This document shows positions 1 to 10,051 of a stretch of 64,000 nt of DNA, in pieces. The number at the start of each line of letters is the position of its first letter. Position 1 is the first letter of the stretch. The notes under the pieces were generated by a model. It did not search any database. It was not told the DNA's origin and was given only the letters and a program-made list of their open reading frames with translations. The DNA is from an uncultured bacterium (GTDB lineage: Bacteria; UBP4; UBA4092), in the NCBI GenBank assembly GCA_964644695.1, contig CAZXWN010000006.1:196-64195 (forward strand). Direction: 5' to 3'. A program made the position numbers and the translations under genes.

Positions 1-662
1 TTGATAGCTGTCATGGGGGACGCCCCGCCTAAAATGGCACCGGTCATCATTCCTGGCAGGGATACCAGTCCCAAGGTGGCCATTGTCGCCACTGTGGGGG
101 CCATAGCCGCCCGAAAGGAATCCCGTAGATAATGCCGGGTGGCTTCAGACAAAGTCGCACCCTGTGCCAGTGTGAGTTGGAATGCCTTTTCATTTCGCCG
201 GATGGATTCATAAAACTGTTTGATTCCCACAATGTCTGCCCGCAGACAGTTCCCCAGAATCATCCCTCCAATGGGAATGGCATACTGGGCATCCAATGGG
301 TTGGGTCGATTGAGTATCGGAACAACAAAAAAGAGGGTAGGAATAACGGTTCCCAATCCTAAAGCTGCTATCAAAGGCCAGATAAAAGGTTTGATTCGTA
401 ATTGACACCCCTGAATAATGGATAAGTCAGCCACTAAGACCATAATAATCAGCCATATTGAAGTAAGCCAGAAGCTGTTTAACTTAAAAACTACCTCAAG
501 ATATAACCCTACCAGGAGAAGCTGAACCGTCATTCGGATAACAGAGATAATGGATTCCTTGATTAACGGGATCCGGTACCATAACATGACCGCCAGAGGA
601 AATGCCAGTAACAGATAGGCTGCTGCCAGTCCTTCGAAGGTGATATCTGAAGTGCCCGTCAT
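1..662 (-). CDS. ABC transporter permease, UPF0014 (YbbM/FetB-like), 3' end truncated by window edge
   Basis: Not in ORF track. Manual translation from ATG 662: MTGTSDITFEGLAAAYLL...QYAIPIGGMILGN...GLVSLPGMMTGAILGG, typical UPF0014 motifs. ATGA overlap with the upstream ATPase stop. Confidence 0.85.
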   Translation of the reverse strand, partial: MTGTSDITFEGLAAAYLLLAFPLAVMLWYRIPLIKESIISVIRMTVQLLLVGLYLEVVFKLNSFWLTSIWLIIMVLVADLSIIQGCQLRIKPFIWPLIAALGLGTVIPTLFFVVPILNRPNPLDAQYAIPIGGMILGNCLRADIVGIKQFYESIRRNEKAFQLTLAQGATLSEATRHYLRDSFRAAMAPTVATMATLGLVSLPGMMTGAILGGASPMTAI

Positions 663-1300
663 TCTTGATGATTTCCTTTCAAGGGAATCAAATGGTCGGG
701 ATAATAAAATCCTTCCCGGTCGTGACTGATAGCCAGTACTGTTACATCGGACTGTTCATCAAACCAGGTTTTTACCGCTTTTTTACTGTCAGCATCCAGC
801 GCCGAAGTTACTTCATCTAAAAGAAAGATTTTACGGTTTAACAATATGGACATGATGAGGGCAACTCTTTGTTTCTCTCCGCCGGATAACTGGGTAATAT
901 CCTTATCCAGTAAATCCGATGTCAGGAGAAACCGGTCAAACAATTCCGGGATATTATTCAGATTATTTTTCAGGGATTGGTTGGCTTGAAACTGAAAGGG
1001 CCGGGTAATAACTTCCCGGACCTGTCCTGCTTCCATCTCGGGTTCCTGGGGGACATAGGCCAGTTCCCTCCTCAATTTCCAGATGGTATTGGCGGACATC
1101 AATGTGCCTTTGACTTGAATCGTTCCTGATTGGGGTATGACAAACCCCAGGATGGCTTTTAATAATGTGGATTTACCGGCACCTGACGGGCCGGATAATG
1201 ATGCCTTCTGACCTGACATGAGGGACAGGGATAATCGGTCTATGACCGTTTTATCGCCGAATTGTATGGTTAGATTTTTAACATCTAATACAGGAGTCAT
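659..1300 (-). CDS. ABC transporter ATP-binding protein (YbbL/FetA-like)
   Basis: Walker A GPSGAGKS, signature LSGGEKQR, Walker B LLDEVTSALD; coupled to UPF0014 permease. Confidence 0.9.
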   Translation of the reverse strand: MTPVLDVKNLTIQFGDKTVIDRLSLSLMSGQKASLSGPSGAGKSTLLKAILGFVIPQSGTIQVKGTLMSANTIWKLRRELAYVPQEPEMEAGQVREVITRPFQFQANQSLKNNLNNIPELFDRFLLTSDLLDKDITQLSGGEKQRVALIMSILLNRKIFLLDEVTSALDADSKKAVKTWFDEQSDVTVLAISHDREGFYYPDHLIPLKGNHQE

Positions 1301-1340
1301 ATCATCCTGAATTATATCAGAATCATTTTTCTCAATAGTT

Positions 1341-4300
1341 CTAATCGACTTTGACCGGAATGGCTTCTTTTAATTTTGCAGCCAGATTCGTATCTTCCGC
1401 TTTTAATATCTGATACTGGGCTATGGCATTGGTGTAGTCTCGATTGTTTGCATATGCCAGACCTAATTGCAGGATGGTCTCCATATCTCCCGGACTTAAT
1501 CGCAGGGACTCCTGAAGTTCACGGAGGGCATCCTCATGCCGCTTGATTTTACTGTACACCATTCCGGCATACCGGTGAGCTTCTGCTGACTGGGGTGCCA
1601 TCTGGAGGGCCTGCTGAATCAGGGTATCGGCCTCAGTGGCTTTATTCATTTGAGCTTTTACCCACGCCAGGCGGTAAACAGATTCCGAGGAGTTGGGGTT
1701 TAGCTGATGCGCCTTGGTGTAATTCTTGACGGCTTCTTCCAGCTTATTTGCCCGTTCATTTCCTATCCCCATTGCCAAATAGACTTCGGGAGAATTGGGT
1801 GATAGTTTGATAGCTTCTTTTAATATTGTCTGAGCCAGGGTATCCTCTTCAATTTTCATATATAAAAGGCTTAACTGAACATGGGCTTCGGCCATTTTGG
1901 GATTTACCCTGATACAGTTTTTGAAGGCGTCTATGGCCTCGCCATACTGGGATAGTTTGGTGTAAGCCACCCCTTCCAGATAACTGGCAGACGTATTATC
2001 AGGCTGAAGTTTCATGACTTGTTGATAAGCCTTGATGGCCTCAGGATATTGTCCTAATCGGGTGTAAGTTACTCCCTGTCCATACCAGCCGTCCACCAGA
2101 TTCTTGTTTGCTCTGATGGCATTATTGTAGGCATTCAGGGCGTCCTGAAGTTGTCCCTGCTGCGTATAGACTTCGCCCAGTTTTAGGTAGGCCTGTCCGT
2201 AATTGTTGTTATATAAAAGTGCCGCCTTGTAGGCATCAATGGCCCCCTGAGAATCATCCGTCATGGCTCGGACTAATCCCAGGTGATAATGGGTTTCTGG
2301 AAGTTTGGGGCCAAGTTCCACCGCCTTGGTCATCGCATCAATGGCACTGGACATATCTTTCAATCCAATATAGGACAAACCAATCAATATCTGTGCACTG
2401 GGTAAATTTGCCTTATATGAGAGGGCGACTTGTGCGATGGCAATAGCGTCTGCATATTTGCCTGTATTATTGTAGATTCGGCCTAATGCCAGCATGGCAT
2501 CAGTATAATCTGCTTTATATTTAATGGCCTGTTTGAGTGAGCTGATAGCCTGGTCCGGTTGTTTCATCCTGTATTGTACTAATCCGAGATGATAGAGGGC
2601 CTGAGTATAGTTGTATTGCGTGTTGATGGCATCTCGATAGGATTTCTCTGCATCAACGAGCCGGTTTTGTTTCTCATAGACATTCCCTAACTGGAAATGG
2701 GCTTCTGTATAATCTGGCTTTTGGCGGATGGCCTGAAGATAAGCACCAATGGCATCCTGATACAATCCCTGAGTTGCGTATGTGTTTCCTAATTGCAAAC
2801 TGGATCGGTAATAAGAGGGTTTCAAGCGAAGTGCTTGTGTGAAGGCATTTCGGGCACCTTGATAATCTTTATTATCCAGACATACCAGGCCCAAAGCATG
2901 ATGGGCTTCGACGAGTAAAGGCCGTTTGATGGTCAGTTCTTTGAAAATCTGGATAGCCTCTTTATATTGTGTCAAATCTCTGTAAACCAGGCCTAAGTTA
3001 TACTCTGCGTTGAAATAATCGGGTTGTAACGAAAGGGCTTTTTGATAGGCATTCTGCGCATCTGTATATTTTTCCAATAATCGGGAAGCAATCCCCAGAT
3101 TGTACCAGGCTTCTGTCCAGTCGGGTTTCAGACGGACAGCTTCCTTGAAAGAGTTTTCTGCCTGTTGGTTTTCTTCCAAGCGAAGAGAAATAATCCCACT
3201 GTCATAATGGTATCGAGGATTATTGGGCTGGAGTGACAGGGCCTTCTGTACGGCTTCAAAGGCTTTGGCATAGTCTTGCTGCCGGGCATAACCCATCCCC
3301 ATGGCCTCATGGGCCTCTGGTGCGTCGGGTTTGATACGGATGGCCTCTGCTGCGGATTTGACGCTGTCTCGATATTTCTTCTCAGCATAATAGGCGCAGG
3401 CCAGTTCAAGATGCGCCTGATAGGAATAACTATCTTTTTTGATGGCCTTTTTCAGGACCTGGATAGCACGGTTATTTTCTTTTTCTCGACGATAAATATG
3501 TGCCAGGTAAATCGATGCCGGAGTGTAATCGGGTTGAATCTCTAATACGGATTCGAAGGCCTTTTGGGCTAATCGATACTGTTTGTCAGTATATAAACTG
3601 ATTCCCAGATTGTATTGTGCATCTACCCAGCCAGGATGGATTTTCACGGCCTGTTGATATTCCTTAATGGCATTTTTTATATCCTGATTTTTGTGGTCCA
3701 GATATCCCAGCCGGAACCATGCTTCCGCCATCCCCGGTCTGTTTTGAATGATGGTTTGATAACACTGTCGAGCTTCGACATTCTTGTTTTGGAGTTCCAG
3801 TAATCGGCCTAATTCGTATTGTGCCTGTACTAATCCCGGTTTGATTCTTACGGCTTGTTGGAAGGAAGCTTGTGCCTCTACGGGTTTCTTCTGGATTTGT
3901 TGGATGATGCCCGTGTAATATAACGCTTCCGGGAGTGCCGGATTTTGCGTCAGGAGGGTGGTCAGTATTTGTTGTGCTTCGGAAGTCTTTTTAGACTGAA
4001 TCAGGGCAGAGACTTTTTCCAATCGGGCTGGGGTCTGATAAGTTATGTCAGACTCGGCCTTGGTCAGGGATTCGATGGCTTTTTCGATATTCCCCTCACT
4101 CAGCAGAGATACCCCATTCCAGTAGTCATATTGCGGTGACTTATTCCAAACAGGTGACCCATTCCCCGGCCATTGGGCAAGGGATGTCCATACGGGATTT
4201 TTTAATTTATCCATCGGGATGTTGCCGGCTGGAATGGCGAGCACCTGGATTTGTTTGTCGCGGGTAATATATAAAGCGATGCCAATCGCTTCTCCTTTTG

Positions 4301-4838
4301 CATCTATGACAGGAACACCATTATCGGCAGGGGATAGCTTGGTGGATACTTGAAGGAAAGTTTGGCCGGAGGGGACGTCCCGATATGCCGTAATGTACCC
4401 TGGTTGGATCTTGCTGTTACCCAGAGTCCAAACAGCGGATCTATCGATGATGGCCGTTGTTGTAAAAGAAATAATACTAACTTCGTCTGGAGTTTTTTTC
4501 GGTTGGAGGAGCACAAGCTCTGGAGTTACATCACTGACCTGACTGATATCCCATGATTCTCCACCACTTTTGATGAGGCATTTTTTGCCGCCATCAAGAA
4601 GGTGTCTGCCCGTCAGAACCAGGCCCTTGTTGTTGATGATAATCCCTTTTCCCTCACTGAGGGTTTTCCCTTGATTATCACTGACAACAATATCGACAAT
4701 ACCTGATTTGCTTTGTTGAACTTCTCCGGGGATAGGTGTCCGGTTTCTGAAATACCAGAAACCGTATCCTGCTCCAGTTAAAAGAAGAACGGTAATCACA
4801 ATAGTTATGACTGTGACTCTTCCCGATTTTACTCTCAT
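1341..4838 (-). CDS. Membrane-anchored trypsin-like (degenerate) domain plus long TPR array
   Basis: N-terminal TM (VITIVITVLLLTGAGYGFWY), trypsin-like segments (GIIINNKGLVLTGRHLL, SPADNGVPVID), then about 25 34-aa TPR units. Start placed at ATG 4838 behind AAGAGG. Confidence 0.85.
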   Translation of the reverse strand: MRVKSGRVTVITIVITVLLLTGAGYGFWYFRNRTPIPGEVQQSKSGIVDIVVSDNQGKTLSEGKGIIINNKGLVLTGRHLLDGGKKCLIKSGGESWDISQVSDVTPELVLLQPKKTPDEVSIISFTTTAIIDRSAVWTLGNSKIQPGYITAYRDVPSGQTFLQVSTKLSPADNGVPVIDAKGEAIGIALYITRDKQIQVLAIPAGNIPMDKLKNPVWTSLAQWPGNGSPVWNKSPQYDYWNGVSLLSEGNIEKAIESLTKAESDITYQTPARLEKVSALIQSKKTSEAQQILTTLLTQNPALPEALYYTGIIQQIQKKPVEAQASFQQAVRIKPGLVQAQYELGRLLELQNKNVEARQCYQTIIQNRPGMAEAWFRLGYLDHKNQDIKNAIKEYQQAVKIHPGWVDAQYNLGISLYTDKQYRLAQKAFESVLEIQPDYTPASIYLAHIYRREKENNRAIQVLKKAIKKDSYSYQAHLELACAYYAEKKYRDSVKSAAEAIRIKPDAPEAHEAMGMGYARQQDYAKAFEAVQKALSLQPNNPRYHYDSGIISLRLEENQQAENSFKEAVRLKPDWTEAWYNLGIASRLLEKYTDAQNAYQKALSLQPDYFNAEYNLGLVYRDLTQYKEAIQIFKELTIKRPLLVEAHHALGLVCLDNKDYQGARNAFTQALRLKPSYYRSSLQLGNTYATQGLYQDAIGAYLQAIRQKPDYTEAHFQLGNVYEKQNRLVDAEKSYRDAINTQYNYTQALYHLGLVQYRMKQPDQAISSLKQAIKYKADYTDAMLALGRIYNNTGKYADAIAIAQVALSYKANLPSAQILIGLSYIGLKDMSSAIDAMTKAVELGPKLPETHYHLGLVRAMTDDSQGAIDAYKAALLYNNNYGQAYLKLGEVYTQQGQLQDALNAYNNAIRANKNLVDGWYGQGVTYTRLGQYPEAIKAYQQVMKLQPDNTSASYLEGVAYTKLSQYGEAIDAFKNCIRVNPKMAEAHVQLSLLYMKIEEDTLAQTILKEAIKLSPNSPEVYLAMGIGNERANKLEEAVKNYTKAHQLNPNSSESVYRLAWVKAQMNKATEADTLIQQALQMAPQSAEAHRYAGMVYSKIKRHEDALRELQESLRLSPGDMETILQLGLAYANNRDYTNAIAQYQILKAEDTNLAAKLKEAIPVKVD

Positions 4839-5112
4839 CCCAGAGCCTCTTTCTACCTCAACATTAGTCATGCAATTTACCACCACTCGGGATTTTAAAA
4901 AACTCCCATATAATCTACTTTTTATACCATTTTCAATTAACTTGCAACAGAAAATATTTTTATTAGTGTAAGTCTATTTCATTAGTATGTAAATAGTCAG
5001 CTATTTATTGGCGCTCTTTTCTAAAATGGCTAACTGACGATTGTGTGTATTATGTTAATTGGTTGTAAAAAGGTTGGGGTGAAGATGTGTATTAGAATTG
5101 GATTTATTGAAG

Positions 5113-5967
5113 TTAAATAGCAGGGGTAGTATGGACCGCTTTTGCCCAGTACCCAAATTGTTTCTGGATTTGTTCAGCCTTCTTTTCAGCTTCTTCCTGA
5201 GTACGGCAAATTCCAAAAATGGAAGACCCGCTCCCGCTCATCAAAACACCTTCACATCCCCACAGAGATAAGGCTTCTTTTATTTCGAGAATGGGCGGAT
5301 ACAGTGGGAGTGTGACTGATTCAAGTCGGTTGTACAGTAATGCCGACAATTGAGTTCGTTGGTCCAAACGAATACAGTTTAATATGGGTTGGGGTGACTC
5401 CGGTCGATAATAAACCTTTTCATCTAATTGCTGATAAACTTCTTTGGTGCTGACAAACAGGTTGGGATATACCAAGACCATCCAGAATTCTGGTGTCGGC
5501 AGATATTGGGCGATGACTTCCCCACGCTCAATCGCAAATGCTGTGCCGCCGCGAATAAAAAACGGAACATCCATTCCTAACTGTGCCCCTAAATCCTGCA
5601 ATGTTGTTGGAGATAACTTCAGATCCCAAAAGGTATTCAATCCCCGGAGGACCGCTGCTGCATCGCTGCTGCCTCCACCTAAACCCGCTCCAACAGGTAT
5701 TTCTTTTTCCAGGTGCATCGAAACCCCTTCTTTGACTGAATACTTTTCTTTCAGTAAGGCGGCGGCTTTCCATACGAGATTGCTCGAATCGACAGGAATT
5801 GTATCGGAGCTGCAGGTTAGTGATATGTCTGAATCAGAAGGATTGAAGGTGAGAGTGTCATAGAGACTGATGGATTGGAAAATAGTAGAAAGGCCGTGGT
5901 ATCGGTCAGGTCGTACCCCGGTCACTTCGAGGAATAAATTAATCTTTGCGTATGCTTTTACTTCCAT
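5113..5967 (-). CDS. ispE: 4-diphosphocytidyl-2-C-methyl-D-erythritol kinase
   Basis: AKINLFL, YHGLSTIFQSI, IPVGAGLGGGSSDAA, MSGSGSSIF GHMP motifs. Confidence 0.97.
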   Translation of the reverse strand: MEVKAYAKINLFLEVTGVRPDRYHGLSTIFQSISLYDTLTFNPSDSDISLTCSSDTIPVDSSNLVWKAAALLKEKYSVKEGVSMHLEKEIPVGAGLGGGSSDAAAVLRGLNTFWDLKLSPTTLQDLGAQLGMDVPFFIRGGTAFAIERGEVIAQYLPTPEFWMVLVYPNLFVSTKEVYQQLDEKVYYRPESPQPILNCIRLDQRTQLSALLYNRLESVTLPLYPPILEIKEALSLWGCEGVLMSGSGSSIFGICRTQEEAEKKAEQIQKQFGYWAKAVHTTPAI

Positions 5968-6033
5968 CTAATTGACATTTATAGCATAAAATGAGTTTTT
6001 GAGCTTAAAAAAGGAAAGAATACTAGCCATGAA

Positions 6034-6077
6034 AAACCAGTCCCGATTGATTGTGAATCCGAAATCGGGACTGGTTT
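6034..6077 (-). terminator. Intrinsic terminator after the bS22-like gene
   Basis: 15-bp perfect inverted repeat aaaccagtcccgatt/aatcgggactggttt with U-tract on minus strand. Confidence 0.75.
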
Positions 6078-6116
6078 AATATCCCACATATAAACAAAGG
6101 CGAGGTCGCCTTAATG

Positions 6117-6206
6117 TTATTTCTTTTTATGACGGTCACGACGACGGCGTTTCCGCAGTTTGTGCTTAGCCATTTTGGCGCGTTTGCGTTTTTTTCCGCA
6201 GGGCAT
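6117..6206 (-). CDS. 29-aa basic protein, AURKAIP1/COX24 (bS22/mS38-like) family
   Basis: MPCGKKRKRAKMAKHKLRKRRRRDRHKKK; GGAGG RBS upstream; below ORF-track length cutoff. Confidence 0.85.
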   Translation of the reverse strand: MPCGKKRKRAKMAKHKLRKRRRRDRHKKK

Positions 6207-6234
6207 TAGTACAACCCTCCTCTCTTGAAAATGA

Positions 6235-7650
6235 TCAACTGAGTTTCCTAAATGCTTCAAGTACTTTATTTAATTTAGCCTCATCGCGGCTTTCGGCATA
6301 ACATCTCAGCAGAGGTTCTGTTCCGGAGGGGCGGACCAGGGTGAATGTTCCATCTTCCAGTTCCCAACCAATTCCATCCACATTTTCTCTGTTTACGATT
6401 TTTAGTCCGGCAAAATCCGCACTGTTTCCCGTCTGGATTTCAGACCAAAGCGCTTCTTTTTTCTCTGGGGTCAGCCGTAAATCTACTCGGCCGGTGCAGA
6501 ACTTCCCGTATGTTTTTTCTATGTAGGCTAAAGTTTCCTTCAATGTTTCCTTACGGATAGCGACCATTTCCGTCAACAGCATACAAGCGATGAGCCCATC
6601 CTTCTCGGGCACATGACCCATGATACTGAGTCCGCCGCTTTCCTCCCCACCAATGATAACGGGTTCACTCTCCATCAGTTCACCGATGTATTTGAAACCT
6701 ACTGGCGTGACATGGACTTTGACTCCATGCTTTGCAGCCATCGTATCAATCAGGTGTGTAGTGGGTACGGTCCTTACAACAGAACCCTTCCACCCACGGG
6801 ATTCCATCAGGTGCAGAAATAATAGTGCCAATACCTGATTCGGGGTGATGAATGTACCATCACTATCTATAATACCAAAACGATCAGCATCTCCGTCGGT
6901 TGCCAGTCCAAGATTGTACTGGCCGGTTCTCATGGCGGTTAGTAAATCGGGCAGATGTTCTTCGTTTGGTTCAGGAATGTCATTCCCAAAATAGGGGTCT
7001 CGCCATGAATGCAGGAGGTTCACTCTGACGCCGGCGTCTTGGAGGAGCGTATCCAGATATTCGCGGCCGGTTCCATACAGGACATCCGCAGCAACGGATA
7101 GGTTAGCCTTCCGAATCGCGTCAAGATTGATTTTACTGCGAATTTCTTCCAAGTACCGTGGGCGGATATCTATTTTCTCAATCAGACCCTGTTCGACAGC
7201 CTTATCCATGTCCATTGATGCGGGTTGGTAGCCGTCAGCCAGAAATTTATTTGCATAATCTTCGATGGTCTTTGTGATTTCAGGAGTTGCTGGGCCTCCC
7301 CAGGACGGAGAAAACTTAATTCCATTGTAAGTGGCAGGATTATGGCTGGCAGTAAGATTGATGCCGCCCGCTGCCTTCCGAAAACGGATTTCGGAGGCGA
7401 TAGCCGGTGTTGGTGTATCGCGAACGGTCAGAAAACTTTTAATTCCTTCGGCGGCAAGTGTCTGGGCCGCAACGGCTGAAAATTCAGCAGACAGGAATCT
7501 CGTATCATATCCAACAACGACCCCTTGGGAAGCAACACCTGCTTCCTTCAGATAACGAGCAATAGCCGCTGTAACAACACGAACATTTGCAAATGTAAAC
7601 TCGTCCGATATGATGGCGCGCCATCCGGATGTGCCAAATTTTATTTTCAT
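6235..7650 (-). CDS. Phosphoglucomutase/phosphomannomutase family protein
   Basis: KFGTSGWR, TASHNP, DGDADR, GEESGG motifs. Confidence 0.95.
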   Translation of the reverse strand: MKIKFGTSGWRAIISDEFTFANVRVVTAAIARYLKEAGVASQGVVVGYDTRFLSAEFSAVAAQTLAAEGIKSFLTVRDTPTPAIASEIRFRKAAGGINLTASHNPATYNGIKFSPSWGGPATPEITKTIEDYANKFLADGYQPASMDMDKAVEQGLIEKIDIRPRYLEEIRSKINLDAIRKANLSVAADVLYGTGREYLDTLLQDAGVRVNLLHSWRDPYFGNDIPEPNEEHLPDLLTAMRTGQYNLGLATDGDADRFGIIDSDGTFITPNQVLALLFLHLMESRGWKGSVVRTVPTTHLIDTMAAKHGVKVHVTPVGFKYIGELMESEPVIIGGEESGGLSIMGHVPEKDGLIACMLLTEMVAIRKETLKETLAYIEKTYGKFCTGRVDLRLTPEKKEALWSEIQTGNSADFAGLKIVNRENVDGIGWELEDGTFTLVRPSGTEPLLRCYAESRDEAKLNKVLEAFRKLS

Positions 7651-7675
7651 GCTGTAAACCTCAAAAGAATAAACA

Positions 7676-8818
7676 TTATAACATGTTTAATGATGCCTGA
7701 TTTTTCAATGATATCCGTTGTTGGATGAATTGGCTGAAAGCAGCCTTGTCTTCAGGTTCCATTCGGAGTTCCGGATACATCAGGGGTAAATCGGAATCGG
7801 ATATATAGTCTTTTAATTTTATGACATCTTTTTCTGTGGTGAAAAGACCCTTAGCCCCATATTTTTTAGCTAACTGGTTTAGTTCAGCCCAATCAGCGGG
7901 TTGATAAGTGTAATGATCGGGATAAGAGAGGGTCTGAACCGGGGTTAAGTCTAAGTCAGTCAAGGTGTTATTGAACCCCACCGGATTTCCAATCCCGGAG
8001 AATGCCAGCAGAGGATTTGGAAGACGACTAAAGGGGATAGACTCGTTTGTGCGAGCGTCTCGAATTGGGCCTAAATGACTGATAAATCTAAATATGGGTT
8101 TATGAATATGATATTTCAACAGAGTATGTTCCAACTCTGGATAGGTTTCACCGGGCCGAGTACGGGTCAAAATGACAGCTTCCGCCCGTTCAATAGCGGA
8201 TACAGGTTCGCGGAGTAGTCCACTGGGAAGCATTCTGCCATATCCAAAAGGATTAGTAACATCCAGTAAAACAAAATCTAAATCTCTGAACAGCTGTCGA
8301 TGGGAGAATCCATCATCCAATACAATGATATCTGCCTGATAATCTTTGATGGCGATCTGGCCTGTCTCCCAACGGTTGCTGCCCACCAACAGAACAACTC
8401 CTGACAGATTTTGCGCCAATAACAAAGGCTCATCTCCCGCGGTTCGCCATGAGGCTCGAATGGCTTCCTGGTCACGGACTAACAGCGGTCCTTTCCCATC
8501 CGGTCGTTTATACCCACGACTGAGAATCGCCACAGTTCGCCCCTCATCTCTCAATAATTCGGCCACATATCGGACAATGGGAGTCTTTCCGGTGCCACCC
8601 GTAGTGATATTGCCGATACAAATAACCGGACACGATAACCGATGCACGGGGAAAATACGATGGTCATACATCATTCCCCGGGTCCAGGTAATGGCAGAAT
8701 AGGGGACAGACAATAAACTCAGTCCCGACCTCAATAGATGTTCAGTAATAGTCTTTGGGGGGTGAGCCAGCCATTGAGCCGGGGTTAAACGAGCTTTCAT
8801 CCTTGAATCATCCGTCAT
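7676..8818 (-). CDS. lpxK: Tetraacyldisaccharide 4'-kinase
   Basis: IGNITTGGTGKTP, LSRGYK, GDEPLLL, LDDGFSH, LPSGLLREP. Confidence 0.95.
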   Translation of the reverse strand: MTDDSRMKARLTPAQWLAHPPKTITEHLLRSGLSLLSVPYSAITWTRGMMYDHRIFPVHRLSCPVICIGNITTGGTGKTPIVRYVAELLRDEGRTVAILSRGYKRPDGKGPLLVRDQEAIRASWRTAGDEPLLLAQNLSGVVLLVGSNRWETGQIAIKDYQADIIVLDDGFSHRQLFRDLDFVLLDVTNPFGYGRMLPSGLLREPVSAIERAEAVILTRTRPGETYPELEHTLLKYHIHKPIFRFISHLGPIRDARTNESIPFSRLPNPLLAFSGIGNPVGFNNTLTDLDLTPVQTLSYPDHYTYQPADWAELNQLAKKYGAKGLFTTEKDVIKLKDYISDSDLPLMYPELRMEPEDKAAFSQFIQQRISLKNQASLNML

Positions 8819-8819
8819 C

Positions 8820-9986
8820 TTATTGTTTCAAGAACTGACGGGCAGGTGCAAAAGAAGAATCTATGCTCAAGGCGTCATTCCAATATTTTTGAGCTGTGCT
8901 GGAGTCCCCCAGGGCTCGGTAAGAGAGTCCCAGTCCATGACAGGCTTCTGCGGATTTGGGATAATCCTTCAGTATCTTCTTAAAGGAAGTGATAGCTTCC
9001 TGCATCTCGCCTTTATTGTAGATGTCCCAGGTGGCTTTTAAACGGTTTCGGAATTCGGGGGATTTCCGGAACGCAAATTCATCGATAACAGGTGCTGGGG
9101 TGGCTACTATATGAGCGGTGACCGTCGGTTCATTCGACAAATCACGACTGGGGACACCCCGAATCGCAATATTGTCATATATGGCAAAAGCCTGCCGCTG
9201 GAGTTTATCTCCGGTGAGAGATTCTCCAATATAAAAGTCTGGAACAGGCTTCAAATCTGCATTATATATGATTTCATACTTGGTATTATTATTGATTTCC
9301 AACGCAATATGATGCCTTTGTGGGTCAACCTGAATTGATATTGCATAGAGGTAACTGTTAGGAGCCGCCTGAGAAAATACATTCTGGTCCAATATACGAT
9401 AGTTGCCTTTTCCATAGGCATCAAATGATAAATTCGGGAGTCTGCTGTTTAACCGTAATCGGATATGGCCGAACTTCACCATATCAATTGGACCATATCC
9501 ATTGAATAAAAACCGCACTGAATAAGGTTGGTCAAATCGAATAGGGATGACGGGTGATTGTGCATAAAACCCGCGGCTTGTACCTTGTTTGTGTGGAACA
9601 AATTCGGTTTGTTCATTTCCAGGTAAGTTGGCGGTTCCATACAGGAAGAGATTAGAGGTTTGTTGGTTCTTTCTCACATCCATCCAATCCACAGTCCATG
9701 CGGATAAATCTCCAGATTCAAAATCATCAGAAAAAACTTCGCGAGAGGTCATTACCGTGGTCTTGTCTTTGTCGGGATTTACTTCTTTAACAACAGTTTC
9801 TGTCTTTGGCCAGTGAGACAATATGACAAAAAACAGTGCTAACGCTGTAAAGCCGCCCCAAGTACCATATATCCATCCGGGAACTGATCGAAAATGAAAT
9901 TCCCCCGTCCTTGCCATGTCTGGGGTTTTATCCTCAGTCGGTGTGGGACGGGCGGGTATCTGATTTTCTATCTTTTTGTCTGTCAT
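8820..9986 (-). CDS. Membrane-anchored hypothetical protein with C-terminal TPR
   Basis: One TM near residue 40-55, beta-rich middle starting FSDDFESGDLSAW, two TPR units at C-terminus. Confidence 0.7.
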   Translation of the reverse strand: MTDKKIENQIPARPTPTEDKTPDMARTGEFHFRSVPGWIYGTWGGFTALALFFVILSHWPKTETVVKEVNPDKDKTTVMTSREVFSDDFESGDLSAWTVDWMDVRKNQQTSNLFLYGTANLPGNEQTEFVPHKQGTSRGFYAQSPVIPIRFDQPYSVRFLFNGYGPIDMVKFGHIRLRLNSRLPNLSFDAYGKGNYRILDQNVFSQAAPNSYLYAISIQVDPQRHHIALEINNNTKYEIIYNADLKPVPDFYIGESLTGDKLQRQAFAIYDNIAIRGVPSRDLSNEPTVTAHIVATPAPVIDEFAFRKSPEFRNRLKATWDIYNKGEMQEAITSFKKILKDYPKSAEACHGLGLSYRALGDSSTAQKYWNDALSIDSSFAPARQFLKQ

Positions 9987-10051
9987 GGTTATTCCCGAAT
10001 GTCCTTTTGTGCTTTCATAGTTGCATTTTATAACAGAAAAGGTACTTAAAA

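Noticed and set aside
2276-2284. GCTCGGAC core inside the TPR gene
   Set aside because: No 16-bp inverted arms around it; a chance match in coding sequence.
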